From: Dipteris shenzhenensis
Taxonomy: Eukaryota
Length of the DNA: 64,000 bases
Assembly: GCA_047967505.1 (NCBI GenBank)
Contig: CM106538.1
Direction: 5' to 3' (one strand)
In this document: piece after piece, positions 12,291 through 24,539 of the stretch
Numbering within the stretch: the first letter of the stretch is position 1
Layout of the letters: every line of letters begins with the position of its first letter
Translations under genes and position numbers: made by a program
The notes under the pieces: generated by a model
The model's input: only the letters and a program-made list of their open reading frames with translations
Told to the model about the DNA's origin: nothing
The model's database searches: none

Positions 12291-14519
12291 AAAATGTATA
12301 ATTAGCAAGCAAGTTGATCGAGTTCAGCAATGACTGGGTTGTCAATGTAAACTAGTGTACAAACCAGGGCCAGCCATGGGCTACAATTATTGCAATAGTA
12401 TAGCCAATTATAATATGTACTTGTAGTTAGTAGAGTCTTTTCCCTCCATGGAAGGTATTTGTTGTCAATAGACAGACTTTAGAACATTCGTAGTATTACA
12501 TATCTCCTTCCAATTTTCTATGCAATAGTTGTGTTTTCTATTGTAATGAATATTATAAGCTACAGATTCTTATCTATTTATCATGGTTCCTTGTTACTTC
12601 TAGTGGTATGCTTCTGAAACTTTGAAGGCAAGTAGAGATCCTTGGAATTTGTGTGCCCTTCGAGAAGCATGAAATCTAGGTGCACAACATTCAAAACAAT
12701 TGTGTAGTCTACGACTGATTGGATGATTATGCCATCCACGATTCCAACCTACATTCACCCTACACGCAACTCGCTATCCACAGAGCAAATTCATGCCCAA
12801 CCTTCTAATGTAGGAAGAGCTAAAAAATATTCTTTGTAGTATTTAAAGAACGTGCACTTATTCTAGTATGCACATTTCAATCTGAGCAATCATGATTATT
12901 GCATGTAGGGGACATGTTTATCCAACGTGCATCCTCCCACCATAACATATTGGTCGGTTCTTGACATTTTATGACAAAAAGTAAGTTGGAAATTTATTTT
13001 TGTTGCATAGGGAAAACTCGGTATGGCTATCGGTATGCTCATCGAAAAAAGCACATTTGTATAGATGTCGATCCTCGATAATATCTAATAGCATTGGTAT
13101 GAGCATCGGGCCCCAACACTCTGGTTTTTTAATAAAATATTTGTGGAGCAAAATGGGGCTTGTTTTAGCTCCACTATATATATTTTATTACAAAGTTTTT
13201 CTTCAAAGTAGGGTAATACCAAAACTAGGTTAGGTAGGCTGCCTTTAGACCAGAGTAAAAGACTAGACACAAAGAAGAAGAAGAAATTATGGTTTTCAAA
13301 ATGTCTTTTTGACTCTATTTTTTTAATGGACACCTAACTACTAACTTGAAATTGAAGTTGAACCTTACTATTTTTGTGATTTTTAAAAAAAAAGGAGAAA
13401 AGCAATGAGTAAAAACATGGCCATGAGACATTATGTCCATTAGGATCCGATCCTCCCTGCAAATGTTAGAGGTGGTGTCTTATTACTCACTTGGTGATGT
13501 CCAAAGATTTGTGCCTTTTAGGAATTAAAGCCCAAAAAATACATAAATAAGGCTATGCATGCTCACAAGAGCTCATAATTCATCCTTGGGTATGCCTTAT
13601 GCAATATCATGACATGGACTACAACCATATGAATTGCCATCCTTTGACCTTGCATCCAACTTGGTTCTCTCTTTGTTTACTCCAAATGTTCTGTTGACTC
13701 CAATTGTTCCCTCACATCATGAACATGCATCAAAAGAGAGAAATGTTATAAGAATTTAGAGTGAAGTTGGGCTGAAAAATCAAATAAAAATATTTATATA
13801 ATATAATATATAGTATATCATATAATACATAATATATGGTATAATTTTTATAATATAATAATATATAGTATAATTTTTATAACCACATGTTGTGATGGTG
13901 GGGAGGCAGTACTCTTCCTTCCCCAAAGAACTATAATTGGAGGGAACGAGAGAAACTTTAGAGAAAGGAAGGGAAAGTGAAAGTAGAGGAAGGGAAACAA
14001 GAGGAGAGGTAGAAAGAAAGACAAAGAAACCAAACAAAAGGGGAAGAGAGGAATTCTTACCTTGACATGGAGAGGGAGTTGCAGCAAGTCTTGTAGGTGC
14101 AGAGGGACAATGTAGGAGAGGATGGAGAGGTGGGAGGGGGAGGGAGGAGGCAGGAAAGAGGAGGTAAGGGTTGCGGTCGATCGTAAGCTGAAAGCAGAAG
14201 CGAGGGAGAACACACGAAAAAATGAAAAGCGGTGCAGGACAAACAGTGTGCAATTTTGGATTCCCAAAAAATGTCAGTATGAGCATTGATATTACTATGG
14301 GTATATAAAAGCAGAGCGTCGGTATAGATGACGGTATGGTCGTCAGTATATACCAACGTCCATACCGACGAAACATGGGTTTTTTGGGGGTTTAGGGTTT
14401 TAAGGGGGCAATTTTAGGGGTGAGTGGGTGTTTGAAGGAATTTAGGCCCTGTTGTATTTGGTGAAAGAGAGGGGATATGAGGGTTTGAGGGAATTTGGGG
14501 GATTTGGGTGTTTAACTTG

Positions 14520-15411
14520 ACTTGGGGGCATGGTTGTGGATGTGTGCAGGTGGAGAGGATTAGTGACAACTCATCGGATAGAAGGCCACCTCCCGGGAGT
14601 TTGGAGTGGCTTTGTGAGAGATTGCCTTGTCCTTGCACGCATTGTAGGCGAGGAGTTTGTCATTAGCATTGTATTGTCATGCGCCACTTGCAAATGTATG
14701 GAGAGGCACCATCAAAAGATGATGTTGGTCGACATGCTAGTGCATCATCAGTAAACCAATGATGTTAGAATGATTCATGGATATTTATATTGCTTGTCCT
14801 TGTTGCACACACTAACCTTGAATCATTATATTAGAAAGGATGAGGAGAGTAGCAAGGGAGCACATGCACCACCACACAGTTTTATCAAGATGATCTTGAG
14901 GATGATCCTCTAGAGGAGGATGAGGGTATGGCGAACATGATGGATTATTTTTTTGGAGGCCCACCATAGGAGATGGGGTTGAGATGTATGAGCATGAGAC
15001 TGTGATGCAAGATTTGGCATCAACACTATCGTATGATGGTGCGAGCATGTCAAAACTACGAGCTTGCCTCTCGATCTTGAATTTGCAAGTAAAGTATGGA
15101 TGGTCAGACACAAGTATCTCAGCCTTGATCTTAGTATCTCATTCCAAATTGTTTTAATTAGTTAGTATCTTATTCACGAGTTTCTTGGATATGCAAATTG
15201 TAATAGGTTGCTCCAGAAGATGTTGCCAGTCTCAAATATCCTTCCCAATTCCAGAGACAAAGCAAAGAAGATGTTAACAATGGTTGGGATGGATTATGAC
15301 ACCATCCACGCTTGCCCTAATGATTGTATTTTGTTTCGTCGCGAGTATGACGATTTGGTTAATTGCCCGGAGTGTGGAGCATAGTGCTACAGATAGGACT
15401 TGTTGGGGGAG
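14520..15411 (+). mobile_element. CACTA/En-Spm transposase pseudogene, 5' part
   Basis: YDGASMSKLRACLSILNLQVKYGWSDTS..LPNSRDKAKKMLTMVGMDYDTIHACPNDCILFRREYDDLVNCPECG: the hallmark Tnp2 N-terminal motif. CGGTAT-rich repeats upstream (13010-13110, 14270-14375) may be subterminal repeats. Confidence 0.9.
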
Positions 15412-16844
15412 GGGTCATTTTTTGCTTGGGTGTAGCCATTTTTGGTGAGGTTCAGAGACTTTTCTACCTATAGGTATCTTGCATGACCCATAACTTATGC
15501 ATTGCTCAATGGAATTCGGCAAACTTTGTCTTCAAGTTGTAGTACACATTCCAAACTTGAATATGAGAGCAAAAAATTATGGAATAAGGATTTGAAATGA
15601 GACCATTAAAGCATTATAAGTGCTATGTTGCATGTGAAGCATGCATTCTTAACACTATAGCATATAGCAATTTATTCAAAAACATCAAAATGTTGTTCTA
15701 TACATACATGCAACCAAGTAATCATTCTAAAGTACACTACGTGAGCTTCTCCTCAACCCAAGGACACACCTAAATGAGATCATTATGCATGGGTTAATGG
15801 GCCTCCAATGTTGTGCTAAAGTGATGCATACCCATTTGAGGGCACCCTCCATAACTTTTTTTTGATTTGTTGAAAACCAAAATGGATAGAAAATTTGGAA
15901 TCCAAACTATTAGAACTAGTGCATGGTGGTTTGAAAACATTGATAGTTGTTGGTATTCGTATCTAGATTCACCCTAAAATGGAAGGAGTTGGAAAAGTGC
16001 AATTTGTGCATGTGAAAAGATATTTTAATAAATCCAACACTATTTACAAATTTGAATTGTTTCTTTTTCCATGCGCTTGCTTTCTATATGGCTCATAAGC
16101 ATGCTAGGTCATTGCATTTAATAATACACAGCACCAAACATGCCCTTTGGCATATTTATGTTTTCAAGCATTTTAGGCCACATTGCACTTGTTTGGGACT
16201 CTCCAATTCTACTGACGTGTATCGTCGAAGGGGGGAAAAACCGGCAGTTGAAATTTCACTATTCCCATGAATTTTGAATTTTCATACCTCATGCCCATCA
16301 AATCTTGGAAGATTTAAGTACCTACAACCTGCCCCTGCCTTGTAAATGCCCTGCAACCTATACGCACCTTGATGTGACCTTGCACAGACTTTGGTTTGCC
16401 ATTATCTTCTTTTGAGTAAGTTGTCTCCTATTCTTTGCTTGCCTCACTAGCGAGCTTCTCTCTATTTTGGTTTGGCATTATCGTCTTTCATTGATCATCA
16501 CCATGGCAACATGCAGCTCGCCATGGCTTACAAGAGAAGCAAATGATAGAAAAGCTAAAAAGCTTGGTCAGGCCACAAGGAACAAAAGACTCCTTGCAGA
16601 GTCGCAACAAGAAACAGTTGTTGTAGATGCATGCATTCGATCATTGCCATCAGAGTGAAGAAAACAACTTGTGATGTCATGATTAGTGGTAGCATTCAAG
16701 GAAGCAACATCAGGCCATTCAGGTAAATACCATTCTCGAGCCTTCACAAGCTTTAGCCTGCACTCTAAAGTTCATAGAGTGACAACCCTACCAACACCTT
16801 GTATTTTTGTGCCAAAACATCACCACTATTGCAATGACTTCTGC

Positions 16845-17775
16845 ACTTAGGCTATCTCTCATTTTCGTGCGTTCTATTGAAGCCCACAGACTACTCAGAT
16901 CAGGACGATCGGGCATTGCTTAGGCTATCTCTCCTTTTCTTGTGTTCTATTGAAGCCCACAGACTACTTGGATCGGGATGATCAGGCATTGTTTCCACTC
17001 TTCGTGCATCTCTTGAGAGTTTCTACAAATAACAAGGACATCTGTAGAAAGCAGACAGGATACAAGATGTTTGACGAGCACATCATACATGCTTGATACA
17101 ATGCAGGTTAGTGGTTGCCTAAACCATCCCGGTGGTTGCTTGTGATTGAGCTTTGGGATAGTTTACTTGCTTCATTTCTTGATACAATACAGGTCAGTGG
17201 TTGCCTAAACTAGCCCGGTGGTTGTTTGTGATTGAGCTTTGGGATAGTTTACTAGGATAGCCTAGACTTAACGTGATTGTCCTAAACTAGCCTGGTGATT
17301 GGAATATCATGCAACTGTGTGGCTGGTTCAGCTTAAACATTAGAACCAGGCTAGCTTAGACTTAATGTGATTGTCCTAAACCAGCTCAATGATTGGAACA
17401 TCATGCAATCGTGGTTGGATCAGCTCAAATGCCAGTTCTATGATTGTCCTAAACCAGCCCAGTGGTTGGAATATCATGCAACCGTGTGGCTAGTTCAGCT
17501 CAAACACCATAACCAGGCTGGATTGGACTTAATGTGATTGTTCTAAACCAACTCGGTGGTTGGAACATCATGTAATCGTGGTTGGGTCAGCTCAAATACC
17601 AGTTATGTGATTGTCCTAAACTAGCCCGATGGTTGGAATATCATGCAACCATGTGGCTGGTTTAGCTCAAACACCAGAGCCAGGTCGCTGGCTTGGACTT
17701 AATGTGATTGTCCTAAACTAGCTCGGTGGTTGGAACATCATGCAATCATGATTAGGTCAGCTCAAACACCAGTTA
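16845..17775. repeat. Tandem repeat cluster inside the 7 kb TIR element
   Basis: Two about 74 bp copies (16847-16990), then repeated units of TGATTGTCCTAAAC.AGC.CGGTGGTTGGAA.ATCATGCAA..GTG with alternating long and short periods. Confidence 0.9.
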
Positions 17776-19645
17776 AGGCTAGAGGAGGTAGGCACTAGCA
17801 ATGAAATGCATTTTTGTTGATTTAGGATTACCTGCAACCCCCACAAAATATAACCTTTAGTAAATCCCAAACAACCACCGTGCTTATTTTAGTAAATCCC
17901 AATCAATAAATCCCAAACAAGGGAAAATGTAAATCCCAAACAACCATCGAGCTTATTTTAGTGACAATGACTGTGCATGAGGGACCATCTAATTCATAGG
18001 TTCATATTATCATTCAGTCGGAATCATACTGTAATAACAATGATTATGCACGAGGGACCATCTAATTCATAGGCTCAGATTAGCATTGAGTCGGAATCAG
18101 TCGGAATCAGACTGTAATAATAATGACTTTGCATCTAGTTCACAAGCTTAGATTAGCATTTAGTGGAATTATTAGGGTGTAATAATAATAGTTTAGAACG
18201 AGAACTAGCGTTAAACTGAGAAGACTGCAAGAACACATCACACAGTTAGAATTACCATCTAATTGCATGTCATGAGTGAAGCAGTCATGAGAAAATAGAA
18301 CCTTCAAATCCAACTAAATGCAACATTTGCAAATTATAAGGTCCAGCTGAGTGAAGCAATTGTATCCAAGGATGTATAAATGGTGAATTATTGCTTTAAA
18401 ACTCAAGTTATATAGAAAAGCCAAATGTATAGTCAGCCCCTAAAGTTATCTACCCAGGTAGTATACAACCAAGTTTTACTCTTCTACATTTTGAAAAGAG
18501 ACCACCATCGTATCTAAGTATGGATAAATATAAAGACAATTTACTTTTTTTTTTTTCAAAGAAGACAGTTTACTACTTAAGCTCTATTGAAAAGCAGATT
18601 GTATTAGAGGGGTGGTCACCCCCTAAAAAAGTCCCGGGTAATATATATCCAAGGTTACAAGAGATAAAGTCTAAGATCTTTGAAGGACACTATATTTATG
18701 CAAGGATTCCAAGACGCAGGCTCGACACTTTGCACAATGGGAGCCTTCAGCAATATACTTTGTAAACTGTGGGTTCTTATAGTATTGAAGGCCTTCCCAC
18801 AGTTCCTCATGCAATATGACCATCTTGTGTGAATGACACTCTTGGGAACTCTATGTTCTTCCTCCAAGCAATCAATCTCATCTACGACAGTCTTGGGTTA
18901 TCGAGGGACCCCTTGTGAAATGGCTTCATCAAGCTCAGGACAAGAGGCAGGACTATGGCTTTCCATCTCTGTTTCTCCATTGTCCTTCACTCAAGACCTG
19001 TCGAGTTATTAAACTAGTTTGCTCTCCTACTATCCAAGATGTAATTGTTCACATATTCTAGAATCTATCAAATCAAGCTATCTTGACATGCTCAATGATG
19101 TAATCTGGTGAGATCTTTGCCATCTTTGAAGACCCGTGTACCGATAGATTCCCCACACATTACATTGATGAATATGATAGGTTAGTTGTATGATAGTTAA
19201 GGCTAGAGGAGGTAGGCACTGGCAACGAAATGCATTTTTGCTGGTTTAGGATTAACTGCAACCCCCACAAAATATAATCTTTAGTAAATCCCAAACAACC
19301 ATCGCGCTTGTTTCAATAAATCCCAATCAATAAATCCCAAACAAGGGAAAATATAAAATACTAATCCTAAACAGCCACCGAGCTTGTTTTAGTGACAATG
19401 ATCATGCATGAGGGACCGCCGACTAATTCATAGGTTTAGATTCGCTTTCAATGAGAATCAGAGTGTAATAACAATGATTGTGAAAGAGGGACCATCTAAT
19501 TCACTGGCTCATATTAGCATTGAGCTGGAATCAGGCTGGAATCAGACTGTAATAACAATGACTTTGCATGGGGGACCATTGAGCTGACAAGCTTAGATTA
19601 GCATTCAATTGATGTATCAGGCTGTAATAACAATAGTTTAGAATG
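17771..19645. repeat. Direct repeats of about 430 bp (17771-18200 and 19195-19640)
   Basis: Both start AGTTAAGGCTAGAGGAGGTAGGCACT and are colinear through GTAATAA.AATAGTTTAGAA. Confidence 0.9.
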
Positions 19646-19804
19646 TAATAACCAAGAACTATGTTGTTATTATAGCCTGATGAACCAACTCAATGCTAAT
19701 TTGATGTCCTATTTTGATCTTTCCTTTCTTCAGTTGACTATAAATAACAATGACTTTGCATGCGGGGCCATCTAGTTCACAGGCTGCTCAGATTAGCATT
19801 TTTT

Positions 19805-20432
19805 GATGATCAAGAAATTCTCCCATGGCAACCATCTAATTGCACATCATGGCTAGATGATGATGTATATGACTGCCTATGCTAGGTTGGGCTACCAGCA
19901 AAGCTAGGTGTATGTGCCACCGCTCCTCCCCCCTCATCCCATTGAATTATTATGATCTTGGCTCCGATGATCAAGAAATTCTCCCATGCCAACCATCTAA
20001 TTGCACGTCATGGCTAGTCAATGATGTATATGACCACCTATGCTAGGCTGGGCTACCAGCAAAGCTGGGTCATGGGTGTATGTGCCACCGCTCCTCCCCC
20101 CTCATCCTATTGAATTACATGATCTTGGCTCCAATGACTAAGAAATTCTAGCTGATGTAGATGACTGCTTACGCTAGGCTGGGCTACCAGCAAAATCCAA
20201 GTGGTGGATTGTGTGCTCTTAGCAGTGATAGGCACCTAGAGTCGCACAACTGACACAAGATCTTGGCTCCTATGACCAAGAAATTCTAGCATGGCAACCA
20301 TCGAATCGCATGTCATGGCTAGACGACGATGATGTAGATGACTACCTAGGCTGGGCTACCCGCAAAATCTAGCTGGTGGATTGTGTGCTCTTAGCAGTGA
20401 TAGGCACCTAGAGTCGTACAACTGACACAAGA
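19805..20432. repeat. Tandem repeats of about 160-180 bp units
   Basis: Recurring ATGA.CAAGAAATTCT..CATGGCAACCATC, GCTAGGCTGGGCTACCAGCAAA and GATCTTGGCTCC. Confidence 0.88.
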
Positions 20433-22400
20433 AACGAAGAGGGAAAGAGTGGGAGGGTGGCAAGTCTAGCTATATAAAGGCCTTAAGGGCAGAGAAATAA
20501 TCCACCGCACCTAGGAAAATTTCTCTCATGCCCACTTCCATGCTCTCTCCAGGCCCCCTTCCACCCCTATGATGAATCTTCTACTGCAACCTCGATGCCT
20601 CTTCATAATGCTACCCAAGTAATGGGATCCATTGTTTGCCTTGACTCTCCATCTTGCAATACTCCACCAACCATAACCATGACCAAGGGAGTTGCAGGAT
20701 GGGAAGCCAAGGAAAATGGGTCTTCGTTGAGTTCTCTCTGCCAGTGGGGCCTTGAAAGAAGCAATTCTTTGATAACCCCACTAGTGCCTCAAGAAAGAAG
20801 TTGCTATGACCAACCATCTTGCAGGTGGGGAGCTAATGGAAACGAGTCGTCGTTGTTCTGTGAGGCACTGGGAGCGAACTCAAATGGTGTTGAGCCTCTC
20901 GTAATTGTGCACAACCTTCCACACTAGTGAAGGAACTCAGCTTGGTGATAAGCTCTAACGCATTGAGAGCATGCGTCAGTGTGCTGGAGCTCACCACATA
21001 TTGAGTTCCCTGTCCATTGTCAAATGTTGTGCTTGATTGAGCTCACCTCCAAGTTGAGTTCCCTTTTCCAATGCCTTGATTTTTGAAGTTGCTATGAAAA
21101 AGGTTATTTCAATCACGAGGTGCTCGTATTGTCCCCTGCATATGAGGAGTTCCAGGTCAAAATTGTAAGAAAGTCCTACCTACGATAGCACTATGAGGTG
21201 CTCGTATTGTCCCCTGCATACAAGGCACCAGGTCCTACTCCTACCACAGTGGTGGTGTTGACAAGTGCTTAAAGAAGTGTCACAAAAACAAAGTGCTAGC
21301 ATCTTTGTATGTAATCTATTTTGTTAAATGTTTGCTTCGGATGTAATTTATTTTGTTTCAATTTCAACGTAATACTATTATCGCAAAAACTCTCATAATG
21401 TAATTTCTTTTGTTTCAATTTCAATGTAGTACCATTATCACCAAAACTATTGTTGGCTGTTACTTCGGTAGTGAAAGTGGCTCTAAAAAGAACAAATGGC
21501 ATATTTTTGACCTCGTTTACATTTTATTACAACCATAGGGATTGTTGCACAAGAAATTGTTGAAAAATTTATTCTTACTGTAGTGAAAATGGTTCCAATA
21601 ACCAACACGGTGCTTTAGAACTATGATAACTCCAATAACCAGTGCGGTGGTTGCAAGGAAACTATACTAAATTGTAAATGCTACATTTTCCTTACCTTGG
21701 AATTAAAATAGCTCCAAGAACATGTGCGATGGTTGAGAAATTATTGCACAAGGAGTAATACGACTAAAGTATCTCTAAAATAGAACTAAAATAGCTTCGA
21801 CATCCAGCACAGTGACTGCAAATATGGACCTTGAGGGGTCCCATTAGAGATTGACATGCCATGGTGGTCGTCATGCCAACTTGGTAGTCTCTTCATGCCA
21901 ACATCATTGCTTGAACTAGCACAGTGGTCAGCGCAGCAAAAGATTATGTTGCACAGCGATAGATGGCGAAGTTGCATAATGACATGTGGCAAGGCAAAAG
22001 TTTTGTGCTATTGTCAGGCCAATGTGCTTGTGCTCAAACCAACACAGTGGTCAATGCAGCAAAAGATTGTGTTGCACAGTGACATATGGCGAAGCTGCAC
22101 AAGCAAACATGGCAAGGCAAAGGCTACGTGATGTAGTCAGGCCAGAGGCAACAGAGCAACAATCTCTGTGCTCATAAGTAAATGCTTATAATGCCATGTG
22201 TCGAGCTCTGCACTATTGACCATGATAAGATTGCATCTCATTATTACGCCAGTGCGTGTTCATGATGTCAGGAAAGTTTTTGATGAGAGCACAGGTTCGT
22301 GCAAAATTCAAATATTCACCCAAAAGTGCATCGCATTGTGGCCCCAAAATGGCCCCAAAAATAGTTCTGCGATTGGCTACACCCAAGCAAACATTGACCT

Positions 22401-24035
22401 GAAGACGATCCCAGTGAAGGTCTTGAGACATTTTCCCATCATTCCCAAAATACATCACATGTTCAGATGTAACTCCATTGCGCAACTGATGATGTGGCAT
22501 GCTACACACCGGTCCACTGATGACACTTTGAGGATCCCAGTAGATTGTGCTGCTTGGAAGCACATAGACAACATGTGGCCTGACTTTGCGAGGGAGCCAC
22601 ATAATTTACATCTCAGCCTTGCAATGGATGGGGTGAACCATTTCGGGTTATGTTCCACATCTTGGTCGACATGGCCCATAGTCTTGGTGAACTACAATAT
22701 CCTGCCATGGCTAACAAAAAAGAAGGGACACCTCATGCTTGCCCTACTTCTGTCGGGGAAGTACAAGGCTAAAAATATGGATGTGTACATGGCACCTAGG
22801 TGCTGCAGACCCTTTGGAGGGGCATACATGTCTTTGATATTTCTAGAGCCCCGAGGCAAGCCGCAAACATGTGCATCAGGGGAATTTTGATGTGGACCAT
22901 GATGACTATCCTATCCAGGATTTGGGGAGTGCACAAGTATGTGCTTTTGCATGCCTATTGATACCTTTATGTTTCTATTATGGTGTGATCTATGCATGTC
23001 TAATGACCTATGTGTCCATGCATATATGTAGGACTTAAAACACAAGGGTACCATAGGCTTGTCCTATTTGTGGCCCTAGTTTGAATGTGTGACACTCCAA
23101 ACATATGAGGAAGATGGTTTATGAAGGTCATGCTCAATATCTTTTGCTTGATCATCCTGCACGTGAAGGTCAACTTGATCCACCACCGGTCTGTAGGAAG
23201 GCAAGTGACTGGATTCAAGATTGGAGAGCTAATAGTGAGGAGCCTCCTTCAAGTATGGACTGGCTGTCTATCTTTCATGAGCTTCCATATTGGGGCAAGT
23301 TACAAATCAATCACCTCTTGGATCCCATGCATATCTTGGTCCCAAGAGCATGTGCATAGAACTCAAGAGCATGGTTCTACAACTCAAGACGGTGGTTCAG
23401 GAACCCAAGTGCGTCCACCATGAATTGCTCTCCCAAAGGCACCGTGAATCATTTCCAAGGTAGAGGAGGCAAGGGTCAAGGCAAATATTGTATCTTTGTG
23501 GACACCCATGGGAGATGCATTGCCTGAGGGGAGAAACATTGCCTAAGGGGATCATTTACAAGGGACAATATTGTTAGTGGCATCAAGTCCCATGATTAGC
23601 ACAAGGTCTTACATGTATTCTACATGTTAGCTTAAAAGAAGAGTGTATGGAACTAGGATATTGATGCTTTTGTGTAATTAACTTATATGATTATGACACG
23701 TTGTTGGCCCTCCTTTGTTGCTTAGGTAGTTTATCCTCCCAATTATAGTGAGAGGATGCTTATCAAAAGACATTAGAACCACTATCTACAAGATTAGTGG
23801 AATTATCAGGTATGCTTACTATCATATCACCTTCGTTATATTTCATATAATTTTAAATGATGGATATAAAATATTGATTCTTACAAGTGCATTTGGAATA
23901 GGTGGATCTCACAAAAAGAGATCTCTGTATCGAGCATTGAGAGGGCTAAGGTGGACTCCATTGAAGTTGTGTCTGCTTGAGAATCACTTTCCCTCAAGCA
24001 TTATGATGAATCAGGTGCACTTGCAATCCACTTGA
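22401..24035 (+). mobile_element. CACTA/En-Spm transposase pseudogene, 3' part (Transposase_21-type core)
   Basis: KVLRHFPIIP..LMMWHA..PVDCAAWKHIDNMWPDFAREPHNLHLSLAMDGVN..STWPIVLVNYNILPWL; SIFHELPYW..HLLDPMHI; LENHFPSS. Confidence 0.92.
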
Positions 24036-24539
24036 GTGTTTTGAATGCTTGTTTACATTCGTAACTTATAAAGCAATCTTGCAATCATGGTATACCTAAG
24101 TACGAACCTGCTATAGTATCCAGCATGGTCCATGAATTCTTGGTCACCCTTAGCATTGTGTGTGTGTTGGGCGGGGGGGGGAGCTGTTTTATCCAGTGGT
24201 TGTTGCTATATCTAATACATTCTTGGATGTGGATGGAAATCAAGTACAAGAACAACCGCATGTAGCTCGAATGCATATGGGTTAGGAAGTGGAGTCACTA
24301 CCATAGAAATAGTGAATCCATGGTCAGGCCGATTAAGGGAAAATGCAAGAAGCAAAAGCATGCTTTGAAACGATAGAAGTATGGCTAATATTACAACATC
24401 AAATCAGTCAAATTCATGGATTCAATAGCTCCAAATCAGCACCAACTAGTCTGGATTCCCATGCCCAAGGTAGCACCAATGTTTAGCCACATGATGATGA
24501 GTTTCACAGCCCAAATGTGACATCAGGGGCTGCTTCTTT

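Larger units (their letters stand above)
15412..22400. mobile_element. About 7 kb TIR DNA element without a recognisable transposase, inserted in the CACTA transposase
   Basis: Left GGGTCATTTTTTGCTTGGGTGTAGCCA vs right (rc) AGGTCAATGTTTGCTTGGGTGTAGCCA; flanks GGAG/GAAG; removal restores DLLG|KTIPVKVLRHFP in frame. Confidence 0.85.

Noticed and set aside
13780-14376. 198 aa hydrophobic ORF and overlapping ORFs
   Set aside because: They span AT-rich and purine-rich low-complexity sequence upstream of the CACTA transposase; no domain motifs.
17771-19645. 430 bp direct repeats as an LTR pair
   Set aside because: No TG...CA ends, PBS, PPT or TSD found.
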